A DNA stretch of 64,000 bases from the human T2T-CHM13v2.0 reference genome, Homo sapiens. The DNA lies in NCBI RefSeq assembly GCF_009914755.1, contig NC_060929.1, one strand, 5' to 3'. The translations under genes and the position numbers were made by a program. This document shows positions 31,715-47,899 of the stretch, piece by piece (the stretch's first letter is position 1; the number at the start of each line of letters is the position of its first letter). The notes beneath the pieces were generated by a model. The model ran no database searches, was not told where the DNA came from, and saw only the letters and a program-made list of their open reading frames with translations.

Positions 31715-32325
31715 AGATAATGGGCGATGCTTTGGAAAACAGTCTTGCATTCCTCAAAAGGTTAAGTATTGAGTTACCACATGAAACCAGCAATTACATT
31801 CCTAAATACATACCCAAGAGAAATGAAAACATGTCTAAACAAAACATGAATATTCATGGCATCGTTATTAAAAGCCAAAAAGTGGAAACAACACAAATAA
31901 ATGTCCATCAGCTGATGAATGGATACAAAAATTGTGGTATATCCATATAATGGAATGTTATTTAGTCATAAAAATGAAGGAAGTATGGATACATGCGACA
32001 AAATGGATACACCTTGAAAACAGTATTCTACGTGAATGAGGCCATTCAGAAAAGACCACAAAGTGTATGATTCCATTTATATGGAAAGCCCAGAATAAGT
32101 AGTTCTGTAGAAAAAGAAAGTAGTTTAGTGATTGTCAGGAGCTAGTGGGAGGAGGGATGAAGAGTAAATTCTCTTTGGGGCGAAGAAAATGTTTTAAAAT
32201 GAACTGTGGCAATGGTTGCACAACTCTGCGGTTTTTAGTAAAAAAAAACCATTGAGTTGCACACTTTAAATGGATGAATTATGTGATATGCCAATTATAT
32301 CAATAAAGCTGTTAGTAAAAATAAA
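31715..32325 (+). mobile_element. L1MB 3' end
   Basis: ttggaaaacagtcttgcattcctcaaaaggttaa ... tatcaataaagctgtt followed by an A tail. Confidence 0.85.
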
Positions 32326-32699
32326 AAGAGGTAATGAGGCTTGGCACGGGAAAGTTGGAGTGGAGATGGTGAGACATAATCAGAGGTGAGAATACTTTGA
32401 AGGTAGAACTAATAGAACTTGCTGAAAACTGGGTGAGAGGCTATGAGAGAAAGCAAGGAGTCAAGAATAATGCCACATTTTTTTTTTTTGACTGAGTGAC
32501 TTAAAGGGTGGAGCGCTGACATTACGTGAGGTGAGGAAGAATGCTGGAGGAACAAGTTTCGAGAACTCTTTGGAACATGTTAAGCTAGAGATGTCTAGTT
32601 GACATTCAATATGCAACTGAAGGTATGGGTTTGGTGCTCAGGAAAGAACTGGACTAGAGTTTTACATTTGGGAGTTGTCAGCATAGGAATGGTATTTAA

Positions 32700-33500
32700 C
32701 TGGCTAAGTTATCAGTGAACTCCCTGTAGCCAAATCTTCATCTAACTTGACTTTTCAATAATATTGGACACTACTGACTACTGCCTTCATTTAAAACCGT
32801 CCCTTCTCTTACTTTCAGCAGAGAAAACTTGTTTTCCTTCTTCCTTTCTGGCCTCTCCCAATCTGTATTGTTTGTAGGCTCATTCTCTTCCATTTCATCT
32901 TCTTTGTTCCTTTTATTATTATCATTATTATTTTTTTGCTGGGACAGGGTCTTGCTGTTGCCCAGGGTGGCCTCAACCGATCCTCCCACCTTGGACTTCC
33001 AAAGTGCTGAGATTACTGATGTGAGCCACTGTGCCTAGCCACCTAATCTTCAATTCATAAGTCTTTAAGTTTTGTTCCTAAAGTTTTTTGCTCATCTTAC
33101 TCTACACTCTTTCTTTCTTTAAGAGATCTTATCCACATTCCTAATTTTAATTACTCCCTTACACAAAGACTCGCAGGTGATCTTCAGGTCTTTTAGATAA
33201 ACACTATTGGATAAATCAAAAGCATCTCAAATTCAACCTGTACAACATTGAACTCATGACGTCTTCTTCCCTAAACCTGCTCCTCTTCCAACATCCTTTT
33301 TGTTCAGTAAATAAGTTATTAATACTTATTTTATTTATGCAAACCACAAACCAGAACCCCTTCTTGGTATCTCTCTTTCCTAGGATATCTAACCTTCATC
33401 ACCAAATTCTGAGAATTGCATCTCTTAAAATATCCTCTGTCTCTACTTCTTTCTTTTTACTGGTGAACAATGCACATCTATTTCCATTGTATAATTTCTT
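32700..33500 (+). mobile_element. L2 fragment with FLAM (32935-33040, -)
   Basis: L2 sense motifs (gcatctcaaattcaacctgtacaa..tgaactc; cctaaacctgctcctc). Confidence 0.65.
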
Positions 33501-34900
33501 TACATAACAATCCATGTTCCCAGTCAATATTTCTACTATTCTTAAGCTTTAGAGGCAGACTATTACAGTGTTGTGGATTAAAAAAAGGGAGGCAATGGGT
33601 TCCCTACACAAGTTGAGGATTTTCATTCCAAAATGTTCTCTACAGTTTTTCCTTTTTTTTTCTACCTCTTGTCTCTTTTAAATCCAAATTATCCTACCAG
33701 TTGTCACCATACTAATTCTCTTAACATGTAGTTCAGTTCATTTTCTAGGTCAAAAACCTTCAAGAACTGCATTTTACCTGGGAATTTAAGAACAAACTCC
33801 AAATCTTAAAACTCTAGGTTCATGATAACAAATTCCAAACCCCCTTTCCTATGTTCCAGTGTTATGAGTAAAACAGCACTAGTTGCTAATAGAAGACAAA
33901 TGATGCTGCTTGAAATTGTGACTTGAAAAGCAAGTAAACCATGAATCATCCTAATGTATAAGCTTGTAATCAGAACAATAGAGAACTGATATATGAATAG
34001 TTTCCATTTACTCTGTTCTTAGCAAAACATTGACCAATTCATGGCTATGCATGTTAAATGTTGTAACATGAACATAATTCATGTTATCCGAAACAGGGAA
34101 CACTTCTGTTTCCAATTTGCTTTAAAAAAAAAAAAAAAAAACAAACACACATATTTTGAAAAAAAGAGATACCCTAAATTAGCCTAAGGCTATCAAAGTA
34201 CATCATGCTTCTCCATAGAAAGCCACCATATTAACAGTAATTGTACTAAGTATGTATAGTATTGTATAGTACTTTAAGATGTACAAAATACATCTTAATA
34301 TCTAACCTTCCTCACCAAATTCAAATACATTCTCACTTTAAATAAAATATTTAAAACATTCTTGTGAGTTAAATATTTTCATTACCCCACATTTATGAAT
34401 GAGGAATTATCCTTGGTAAGACGAAATGATTTACTTCTGGATATGTCCAGGTAGTATATGGCAAGGAGCCAGTACACACACCCAAGTCTTCACCTTCATA
34501 CTTTAAACTCTGTATGGTCATAATTCAAATGTGAAGTATAGCACAAGTAACTGAGGCTTCTCTATTTAACAATGATGCTGAAGATGTAATAAAAAATAAT
34601 AACAATAGTAAAATTATTTATGTATTTGTCCCTATTAGAATGTGAGCTTGATGAGGACAGATGTTTTGTTCACTGCTGCTCCTAAGTACCTAGAACAGTG
34701 CCTGTCACACAATGGCCTCTCAGTGAAGACTTCCTTATAAATCAAAGAATGATACATTACATTTTCAAAGACATTTCACAAACATTATTTTATTAATTGT
34801 CACAGCAATTTCCAGGTTTTCTGACTCAGACTCTAATATTCTTTTTATTACTCCATGTTGTATAAAATAAGACTTAAAGGACTACTTAAAATTGGTGCTG

Positions 34901-35192
<292 letters not shown>

Positions 35193-35730
35193 TTGGTACT
35201 GAGAGATAAAAATAAGATATATTCATTCCTTGAGACCAGGACTATAGTAGGAGCTCAGTAGACCTAATGGACACTAAGTATTAACTTGAATATGTTGGCT
35301 TCTCCATGGATAGAAGGTATTGAAAGGCATGTAGAGAAATTCACTGTTGAGAAACATACACATTTATCAAGATTAAAAAAGAAGTCAAACTTCCTCTATA
35401 CAATTCCGGAATATGGGAGAAGTGGGAAGTTTGCCTTCTTTTCATGAGGAAATACAGATTGAAGGTCATCCCCTATTAGAGATACCACAATCCCTTTATT
35501 TACTACTATCTTACTTTTTGTTTTTGGGGTTTTTTGCCTTTATGGAGAATCAAAAAGTATTTGAGTTTGAAAAATTAGCAAACATTTTGTTCTGGTGTAA
35601 GGGGGTAACAAGACCTGGGCTCTGTGGTCACTCTTTTGGTGGCCTATTTTGGGGAGAAGGAGATGATGAATAGGTGGGATGCATCTCCGCTTCAATTTCT
35701 TGCTGTCAAACAAATTTGAAAACTGCTTCT

Positions 35731-36021
<291 letters not shown>

Positions 36022-36386
36022 CTATTTCTATTTAAAGTACAATGCGAAAACTTTACGTAATTTAGGAAGGTCTTCTTTGTTTTTTACTGTCCATTTTGAA
36101 GCCACGTTCCTTCAAAGGTACAGTAGAGTATTAGTATTCCAGAGGTTGCTTATCTTGCTATCTCAGCTAACTGGAACTCATTTAAGAAATGGGAAAGAGG
36201 GAAAAGAGGAGGACTCACAGTTGGCATAGGCCTCACAAATACCACGGTAATACCATTCTCTTCATAATTAAGTTCTGTACTCACAGATAAGTTCTCCGTT
36301 TTCGTTAGGTCCAGCTCATTCCCAGTTTACCCAGAACACTATAGCCTCATCTCTCTGGGTTCTCTGGCCATAATAGCAGTATTGGG

Positions 36387-36850
<464 letters not shown>

Positions 36851-36859
36851 GGATTGGAA

Positions 36860-37025
36860 GCCTCCCAGGTTCAAGCAATTCTCCTGCCTCAGCCTCCTGA
36901 GTAGCTGGGATTACAGGTGCCCACCACCATGCCCAGCTATTTTTTGTATTTTTAGTAGAGACGTGGTTTCACCATATTGGCCAGGCTGGTCTTGAACTCC
37001 TGACCTCAAGTGATCTGCCCGCCTT
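36860..37025 (-). mobile_element. Internal AluS fragment lacking both ends
   Basis: Begins mid right arm (gcctcccaggttcaagc), ends mid left arm, and has no poly-A. Confidence 0.85.
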
Positions 37026-37287
37026 CAGTCACCTGTTGTATTAAAGGGCTTTGTTATTATTAATATTATTTATAACCTTAGTTCACCTAAAAATTTATTA
37101 TCCCAATTTATTAGAGGAATAATGCATTCAATATGTTCATTCATGAGTGAACAGAACTAATTCGGTATATATAGGTGCACACACACACACACGGACACAC
37201 ACATACACCCCTGTGACACTATCCAAAACCCACAGCAACTAAGATGCCAGCCCAGAAGTAGCAACAGCGATTGAGCAACACAATTAG

Positions 37288-37608
<321 letters not shown>

Positions 37609-39279
37609 ATTTGAAGAAATATTTCTTTCGCTTCCATCTTACCTCTCTTTTTTAAAAAACCACCTCTTCCTTGTGAAAAATGAAATCAAAAGAGGTATCC
37701 TAGAAAAACTCAAGCCTCAGTACACTCTGTATGCAGGAACTAAGTCAGAACACATGAAAAAGGCTAGATGTGCTATGATTTAATGCAATTGGAAAAAGAA
37801 TGACTTTTTTCTCCACTTTTTGATGGAGAATTCTATGAAAGAGTGTGCTGGCAAGAACAAGTTCCTCTAAGTGACATTTCATTTCTTAGCAGCTAGATAG
37901 ATTAATGCTTGCTTCTTGCAGCTCATGCATTACTAGCCCTAGTACTCCTGAAATGAAAAATCATGTACTCAATTCATTCTTTATTGCATAAATGTTATAC
38001 AAAGAGAATGGAAATTTGCATTTGGGTGTTCACTCCTGTTAAAATATTGCAGTCTTGATAACAGGTTGAGAAATACTATAGTGCCACTGCCCTATCATAT
38101 TTAGCCTCTATAAAATAGCTTAATGGATTATATGTATAAGGTGAGGAGAAATGAAAGAGTAGAATTATGTTAAATTGCGTGGCTTCTAAATAGATTACAA
38201 AAACTTTATCCCCTTTTTAGGGCATGACTAAAGAGACCCACCTGTAAATCTACTTAATAGCCAGATCACAGGGAACTAGAGACGTCTTCAAATTATCAGC
38301 AACAGAACTCAGCCAAGGGGCCAGTGAGGTGCAAAATTCAAAAGAAAGGCAAACTCTAAAGAAATATGTAGTGAAGAATTGAGAGAGTACTGAACAGAAT
38401 ATTTGAAAGCAGATCTAAGAGCCACATCTGATCTCTTCTCGTCCAGACGAGAGAAAGCAATTTTCACCCAAGCAAGTCAAAGAAGCCATCTTGGATTTTC
38501 ATTTGTGAAAGTGAACAATTTCTGCCTTTTTAAGTTTTCCTGACCCATGAGGTTTAGGCCTAACTTCTAGGCTTAGTACTTTGGTTAAGCTGAAGCTTTT
38601 GTTCTTCAGATATGTATTTTTTGCCTTAATTAGGACACGAGGGCTAGAGTTGGGCTGGTGTGGAAATGGGAGAGGACTGGTTTGGAGAGAAGGTGGGGAA
38701 AAGTTGTTAAGCTGCCACTGCCTTCCTACAATTGTGGAAGTTACCTGCAAGAAATCTTAAATACTTTGTAGAAACATGGTTTGAAAAGTTAAATAATGGA
38801 ATTAAAATAGTTAGGGCTGGTATGCTACTCTACATGAGACAGACCATAAAATTGTATGGTTAGGAATATATTTGGAGCGTGAAATAAGTTCTGGGAGAGT
38901 GTAGGTATTTCCAACTTAATGGGTGCACACGTAGTCTTGATTTATGAGTCATTTCTTTAATATATTTGATCTGATTGTGGTTTTATCCTGCGATAAATTT
39001 TTGACTAATAATTTCACATTCCTGCCCAGCCACACGAAACTTTGGGAAACAGAACCTCTCTGTCTCCCACAATCTTCATCTGCAACCTCTTCTTTCTACA
39101 AACACTCTGGCCTCCAATGTGTCCCTCACATTGAGCTGGACACTGGAGATTCAACGACAGCTGGATTGAACACATAAAACAAGACAAAAGTTTTAATTTC
39201 TGTTGTCTTGTGGCCTCATACGCTGCTCTGGAAGCTTGCTGAGTTAGACTAAATCTGCCACTCAGAGGAAGGAATTGTT

Positions 39280-39720
39280 TGTGGTGATAACAAAGAGAAA
39301 GGGAAACACTTGAGGGTTTAATTGAAAGTAATTATGGCATTGGCCCGCTGCCAATGGAAAATTTTCAGAAAACGCATCTTTTGCAAGGAAGTAAACTCCC
39401 AAATAGTTGCGAAAGGAAAACCTTTTTTGAAAAAAAGCTCCAAACCCAGGTAATTGTTTTTAGCAGTTTCCCTCCCATGGGTAAAATCTTTGTATTTTCC
39501 AAAACTTTCCTGAAACACAATGTAGAACAATAATAAAATACAAGGAAATGTAATACAACTAAAAATTCAGTCTTTTCCTTAGAGAAGTCATAGCTATTTA
39601 CATAGTTCCATGGGCCTCTACCGTGAAGAAAATCATAGTAATGTGGCAGAAGCCTGAAGGAAATGAAACATCCTCTGTAACTCCATTCTGTTCTATTTCT
39701 GTTGGCTTTCCCGGGAATTC
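39280..39720. promoter_or_regulatory. Candidate enhancer: NFI palindrome plus NFAT/ETS/CEBP/STAT-like motifs
   Basis: TTGGC-CCGCT-GCCAA (39340-39354), TGGAAA, AGGAAGT, TTGCGAAA and TTCCCGGGAA (39708-39717) in non-repetitive DNA. Confidence 0.4.
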
Positions 39721-41564
39721 AGGTAGTCAGACAGAGAAACTGAATACCCTTCTTGTGGTTGTCTGAACGTTCAAGATCTCTGAATCGGCATGGGAGCAGT
39801 AAAACAAAGTTAGGATGTGTTGGTCAGAGGAACAAGGGGAAACTTAAAATGAGTTTGAAAACTATTTGTTAAAAAATGTAAAAGCCTTTTGCCTGTCTGG
39901 TACATAAATTTGCTGAAAGGCAAATTAATTTCTAATGACCTTTCTTAAATTATACAGTGTTTGAATTTGAATGTTTAGAGACCAATGGTTTGGTCAGGTA
40001 GGCACAGTGGGTTTGTTGTTGTTGTTACTGTTATTTGTAATTGTTTTGCTGTTTTTTGTTTTTGAATGCCTTCAGGTACATTATGTATTTTTCTGTTGGC
40101 CATAGGCCCAACTGCTCCCTGTTATTTTATACATATTCAAAGTTAGTATATTTATCTTTGCAAATCTTTAGTTAGCAATTTTAGAGAAAGCCTGTTGTTG
40201 TCAGGTAATAACAAAAGCCGCCTTTGTATAAGTGCCTACAGTTTGTTAGGCACTTAATCACCATTTACCATGACAGCAATCCCATTGGTAGATACTATTA
40301 TCCCACTTAAAAAGATGTGGAGCCCACTAAGTAGTAATGCTGGAATTTGAACCCAGGTAAGTCGAGCTCCAACACCTGTCCTCTTTCCGTTATGCCTCAA
40401 CTTCCTTTAGATTCAGGAATCAGAGAAATAACATTATATACCAACTTTAAAATATGTCTCTTGACACAATGTACAGGATAAATGACATCTGTACGTTGTT
40501 AAGTTCCAAGATAAAAAAGTGCAAGAACCTTGAACCTCAACTAAGATTCATAAAAGAAAGAATGAGGCATTTGTTCTGGAGAAGACCAGCAACTAGAAAG
40601 AACAGATTTTTTTTCTTTTTCTTTTGGTAATACTGCCTGAGGGCCCAAAGTGGTCAACCTTTGTCATAATTCATTTGGCAGGCCCGTAAAGATAGCTCAG
40701 TCATTTAGTCTAACAAAATATTTTTTAGCAGTCAGGGTACATACTTGATTTGGATCCAGGGACAAATGGCTCTCCAAGGGCTTGCTGGCAGGTTGATGAC
40801 GCGATGCATCAACTGGATGTATCAGGACTTAATAGTACTGAACCATGGAGCACATTTAAAAAGCTCACATACGTTCTCAAATATCATAGAATATAACAAA
40901 TTTCATTGCCTTCAACTCAAATGATATTTAGAATATGTGCTACATCAGTCTTTCTGCTCCGGGATTCAGTAATGGTCCAAGGTTGTTGTCTTCTTTTCAA
41001 ATGTAAAAAGCTTAACTTGAAATATGGGTCATTTATCTTGGGCATGGTTTGAAATGGCATATATTCGATCATGTTGTAATACATAATATCTTACAATTTA
41101 ACCATAAAGGAAGTTACAGCCACACATCATTTTGTCCAAAATCACTGAGAATGGAGATGCGCTACTTAAACACATTTTCTTGAATACCTTTCTTTTACTT
41201 TGAAATCCTCCAAAATTATAAAACTAACTTTTACTCATTCAGGCTTGATTTAAACAGAATCAGCTCCACAATTGAGCTTCCTAATGACTTAAAGTTTTTG
41301 TGTAATTAGCTTTTTTATTACTAAAGTCGGGGAAAGGAGCACTAAAGACAGTCTTACGGATTTGTCTGGACCTACCTTCAACCTTCAGCACTTCAGAGTC
41401 AGAAGGTGTTGCTTTTGCCCTGCCTTCTTGTCAGTGATTATGCTTTCTTCTTTTTTGCTTACTCTGATTTTTATCTCAGAAAATAGATATTAAACTTCTA
41501 AATCTAAAATTCCAAAAACAGAAATACCAATCCCATTTATGCTTTCTTCTTGAGTTATGTCTCT

Positions 41565-42180
<616 letters not shown>

Positions 42181-42260
42181 GGTTTCTGTCTTTTCCAGAC
42201 TGTGTAGAAGAGCTACATATTATTGGCTTTGCTTTTTTTAACAAGTAAATTTATATGTTT

Positions 42261-43032
42261 TGTTAAATTGTTCTTTGCTCAAACTCTGTAAACTTCAGAC
42301 AAATTAAGTTTAACAGAGGTGAATTGAGCAAAGAACAATTTATGAATTGGGCAACACATGCCACATCCTCCCCTCACCCACCAGAATAAATTCAGAGTGA
42401 TTTCCCTCCTGCCATGTGATCAGAGAGGATTTGTGGACAGAAAAAGGAAAGTGAAGTAGAGAAAATGGAAGTGAGGTACAGAAACACCCTGATTGGTTAC
42501 AGCTTGGCGTTTGCTTTACTTGAACACTGAAAAGTTGGCTGCTTGTGTGTGGTTAAAGTAGCGCTTCTGTGATTGGCTGTGACTTGGCTACTTGTTACAA
42601 GAGTAGGTTGCAGTCCGTTTACACATCCAGCTAGGTTACAGCTCACTGCAGTACGGAGAAACCTCTAGACCAAACTTAAAATATGTAAGGAGGCAGCTTT
42701 GGGTTAAACTTTTTTTTTTTTTTTTTTTTGAGACAGAGTTTTACTCTGTCACCTGGGCTAGGAGGCAGTGGTGTGATCACGGCTCCCCGCAGCCTCAGCT
42801 TTCCAGGCCCAGGTGATCCTCCCACCCCAGCCTCCTGAGTAGCTGGGACTACAGGTGTGTGCCACCAAACCCGGCTAATTTTTGTATAATATTTTTTGTA
42901 GAGATGGGGTTTCTCCTGTTGTCCAGGCTGGTCTCAAACTCATGAGCTCAAGCAGTTCACCCGGCCTTGGCCTCTCAAAGTGTTGGGATTACTGGTGTGA
43001 GTCACTGCGCCTGGCCTGGGCTAAACTTAACA
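42261..43032 (-). mobile_element. MER57-like ERV1 solo LTR with AluJ (42709-43016, -)
   Basis: TGTTAA...TTAACA termini with perfect TSD GTTT (42257-42260 / 43033-43036). Two CCAAT boxes (gattgg). Confidence 0.78.
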
Positions 43033-43377
43033 GTTTTCAGTTTCACTTGTGCAGAGACACTTTTCAGTAGCAGTGTTCGCTGGCGCCCACATATACTCTT
43101 AAAGCGAACACACTAACACCTACTTAATACCCTTCATCTATTTGCTTGTTTTATTTATTTATTTTTTTTTAAGGATTAAGGTGAAATGGCTTTAAAGCAA
43201 AAGATTATTGCCAGAATTAGAAAGCACTCAGGATAAAAGTGTCTCTCTGATAAAGTCCATCCTAAAAGTATGTCTTCAAACTCTGTATGGCAGCAAAACT
43301 GCTCGTGATTTAACTTGCTTTGTCTCCACTTTCTACATCAGTTTCTTTCTCTCTTCATGTAGTTTCTGAAATATTTT

Positions 43378-43762
43378 TGTGGTAGACTTTACAAATCTTA
43401 ACCAATGTATCTAGTTCAAATGTCCAATGGAAGATGTGCTCCCTTAAATGTAGGCATGGCTATCTATCTTGCTTTAGCCAATCATATATGAGCATCACTT
43501 GGCGTCAGAGTATTTACTTCCTAATGCTCAACCCTCAATTTCTTTCTTCCTCTGCCATTTCAGTTATGGAGGCTTGTGTTGATGTGGAGGTGCAGTGATG
43601 TGGAAGTGGCCTGAGATGCTGAGCTCACAGGTAGAGGACCGCACCCCCAAGAAATCTCAGCAGGCTAGTAATAAACAAGAAGTACACCTTTGTTGTTTGA
43701 AGCCACTGGGGCTTTGCCGTAGTTTGCTATTGTTGCATAACCTAGACTATTGTGAATGATAC
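43378..43762 (+). mobile_element. Old MLT1H-like MaLR LTR
   Basis: tgtggtagac...ttgctttagccaat...tttgttgtttgaagccactg...gcataacctagac..tgataca. Confidence 0.6.
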
Positions 43763-43989
43763 ATTTTCTTAAGTTTAAGTTTGGTGATTAATTTTAAATT
43801 CTGGGATCTGCTCTACTGTTTTTTTGGAATTATTTCAATGACATAAATATTTTCTGAGATATATTACCTTGCAATGAGATGACCTTAGGGACTTGCACAA
43901 ACTTAAAGTACAAAATGAGAACTCAGTATTGTGAATTCAGTGGCCTTGGTCTGGCAAAAAGACTAGCAAGTATTAAAATGCAGATTCTG

Positions 43990-44469
<480 letters not shown>

Positions 44470-44619
44470 TTATCAAACCTGTTATTTTTACTTTCTTTGG
44501 CAAGTGGTTGATTCTTTTTCGGGGCAAAAAAAATGTACACTATGTACCAGGAACAACTTATCATATCAAGAAATCTAGGTAGTTACTAAAGACTACTGGT
44601 TAGGTCTAAAGGGCCTGGG

Positions 44620-47040
44620 GGCGTAACTAAAGATGCTGTCCCTGTCCAAATTAGGATAATGTTAGCATCAAGTTTTCAATCAATAGCTTGATCATATCAA
44701 ATATACTTAAAATCAGGAGTTCATAACAGTATATAACAAAAAAGGCTGGACTCAGTGGCTCATGCCTGTAATCTCACAACTTTGGGAGCCTGAAGTGGAA
44801 GGGTCACCTGAGGCCAGGAGTCTCATGTCAGACTGGGCAACAAAGCAAGACCCCATCTCTAAATTTAAAAAAAAATAGAGAAAGAAAAAGAAAGTAACCT
44901 CATTGCTCCATTTTGAAGGATGCTAAGGAAGCAACTCACTATTTTGAAAATTTGTAAAAATGCAGGGATATATCCTGTCTTTCCAAAATGACTTGTACCT
45001 CAGGGCAATCCAGTAGTTAGCAAAGGGGCACTTCTCTTTCTTTTTTCTTAAAGACAGGTCTCACTCTGTCACCCACAATGGGAGTGCAGTGGCTCAATCT
45101 TGTCTGCAACCTCTGCCCCCTGGGCTCAAGCAATCCTCCCACCTCGGCCTCCCAAGTAGCTGCGACTACAGGCACGCGCCACCATGTCCAGCTAATTTTT
45201 AATTTTTTTTTAGAGAAAGTGTTTTGCCATGTTGCCTCAGCTGGTCTCAAACTCCTAAATTCTCTCTCCTCAGCCTCTCAAAGTGCTGAGAGCGATCCTC
45301 TCTCCTCAGCCTCTCAAAGCGCTGGGATTACAGGCACAAGCCACTGCACCCGGCCCGGGACATTTTTCTTTATAAACACATTTAGTTAAGAAGTGAAGAA
45401 GAAATGATATAACTACAGCATTACTGTTTTGCAACTCATAATACAAACATAGGCCTAGGCATTGATGATTAATGACTGCTAATTTTACAAAACAGAGATA
45501 GCCAGATACTATGGCCTCCTAATTCAAGTACATACCATCTAACAAGTGTTATTGTAGAAAAAAAAAAAAAGAAAAAATCCTGAATCTGATTGAACTCCAG
45601 ATCTAACTACTAACTTTCTTGATTGCATCATAAGAATTAGTGTTGCTGAGAGCTGTATAATTAAACTAGGGACAGAGGAGCATGTTAAGCAACACTGTGA
45701 ATATGCAATTAACAAAATCTAGATCGTGGAAATTCTACAGGTCTAAAGACTTACTTCGTTTAACAAATATCAGGAAAATTTGAATACTGTCTTGGATATT
45801 TGATGATATTAAGGAACTGTTAATTTATCTAGGTATGATAATGGAATTGTGGTTATATTTAAAGAAAATGGTACTGATCTTTCAGATATACATCAAAATA
45901 TCTTGAGATGAAATAATATGATATCTGAGATTCGCATGAAATAATTCAGTGGGAAATGGTACAGTGGTGGATGAAAAGTAGCTGTGAATATAGATAAAAC
46001 AAAATTTACTTGAGGTTTTAATTGTTGAAGCTGGGTGATGCATAGATAATAAGTAGTTCATTATGCCATTTTCTTTACTTTTGCATATATTCACAATTTT
46101 TAATAAGGAAAATTAGAAATAAATTCTCATTTTGAATATGTAAAAACCATGTCTAAAGCAGGATTCCTTGGAAAAATGCAGATTTGGGGAACTGTACAAA
46201 GATTTTATCATTCCAGAAATGAAGAAAGTTATTGAAGACTTTAGGGGTCATGTTGCAGGGACTAAGTAGCCTAATTGAAGAGGTTTCCACTAATGAAAAT
46301 AATGGATCTAGACAATGATTATCAATGGCAGCTAACAACTCAAAAGGAGAAATAACTAGACATTAAACGCATCATAACGGAAGTACACAATACCACCTAA
46401 GAAGCATTCTTACAAAAATTTAATACCTGAAATGATCAAGCTTCTAGATCTAACTATAGAAAGTACAAGAGACAGAGGAATATATTCAATATCATTACAA
46501 GGAAGCAATTAGAAAAGTCCAGACTGAGAAACTCTATTGACAAATGACCTAGGCTCTTCTCCTCAAATGAACTGAAGGAGAGAAGAGGGGAAGGGGTGAA
46601 GAAAGAATAAGAGAGAGTGAGAGCAGAAGAGAAAGAGGGAATCTATAGTTTACAGGAGTCTTAAGAGACATTTTTAACAATTAAATGTTACGGACATCTT
46701 TTAGATTTTATTCAAAAAGTATTTTGAAAATTTGACAGGGAAATTTCAACACTGGATATGTGAAAATAATAATTATTGTTAATTTTTTAGTATTTAATGT
46801 TATTTTGGCTTTTTAAAAGCAAAGTAGTCCTAATCTTTCAGTAATATACTATGAAATATTTATGGATATAATGATATGAACTGTGACTTATTTTATAATA
46901 ACCCAGAAGTTGAGTTACAGCATAATAAAAATTGACCACAAGTTGATAATTGTTGAAACTAGACAATAAGTAATCGAATGAGCTATTCTATTCTTTCTAC
47001 CTTTGTACATTTGAAAGTCACATTATAAAATGTTAATAAC
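44620..47040 (+). mobile_element. Two L1MC/ME-type 3' UTR segments, with FLAM (44743-44875) and AluJ (45035-45357, -)
   Basis: Homologous motifs occur twice (agatctaact; gacagagga; gataatt/attgttgaa.ct; ttctttactttt/ttctttctaccttt). Confidence 0.65.
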
Positions 47041-47599
47041 AACAAAACTCCAAAAGCCAAGGCCCAAAGACATTTAGTGACTTGCCCGATACTATGTATG
47101 TAATTAGGAGCAGTTCAGACCTGAAACTGGACTCTTGACTTCCAATCAAATACTCTTTCCCTTATAACAAGCTGTTTTGCAGGGAAGCCAAACTTCTGGG
47201 ATACCAGATACCTGCCCAAAGCTTGACAAGTCAATGGGTGAACTGGGAAATACACTATGGTGCTATCAAATACTCATACAAGCAGCTCATCAGCAAGCAG
47301 CCAAGTGGCAAATTGGGATTGCCTGGGAGTGCACAGCAGCTGTTGACTTTTGAAGTATTGCCCGGAGCTCTTGGCTTTTCCCCATTTGGTCTTTAAGAGA
47401 GCCATTTGAAAAACAGGCTAGCCTTCAGAATGCCCAAACATAGTTGAAAGGCTGCTTAGTTTGTACCTAGACTTTTCTTGATTGCATCATAACAATGTTT
47501 TTGCTGAGATTTATATAGTAAGACCAACATGATGTCTCATGATGATAGCTAAGGTTACAGGGCCTGGACATCAGAGATTAGAGGATAGTCAGGTTGGAG

Positions 47600-47899
<300 letters not shown>

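Larger units (their letters stand above)
30770..32700 (-). mobile_element. L2 fragments interrupted by MLT1A and L1MB
   Basis: L2 tail cattcaatcattcacccattcat and L2 motifs continuing to 32700. Confidence 0.75.

Noticed and set aside
34064-34086. 9-bp inverted repeat taacatgaa-cataa-ttcatgtta as a MITE or miRNA
   Set aside because: Too short and AT-rich, with no supporting context.
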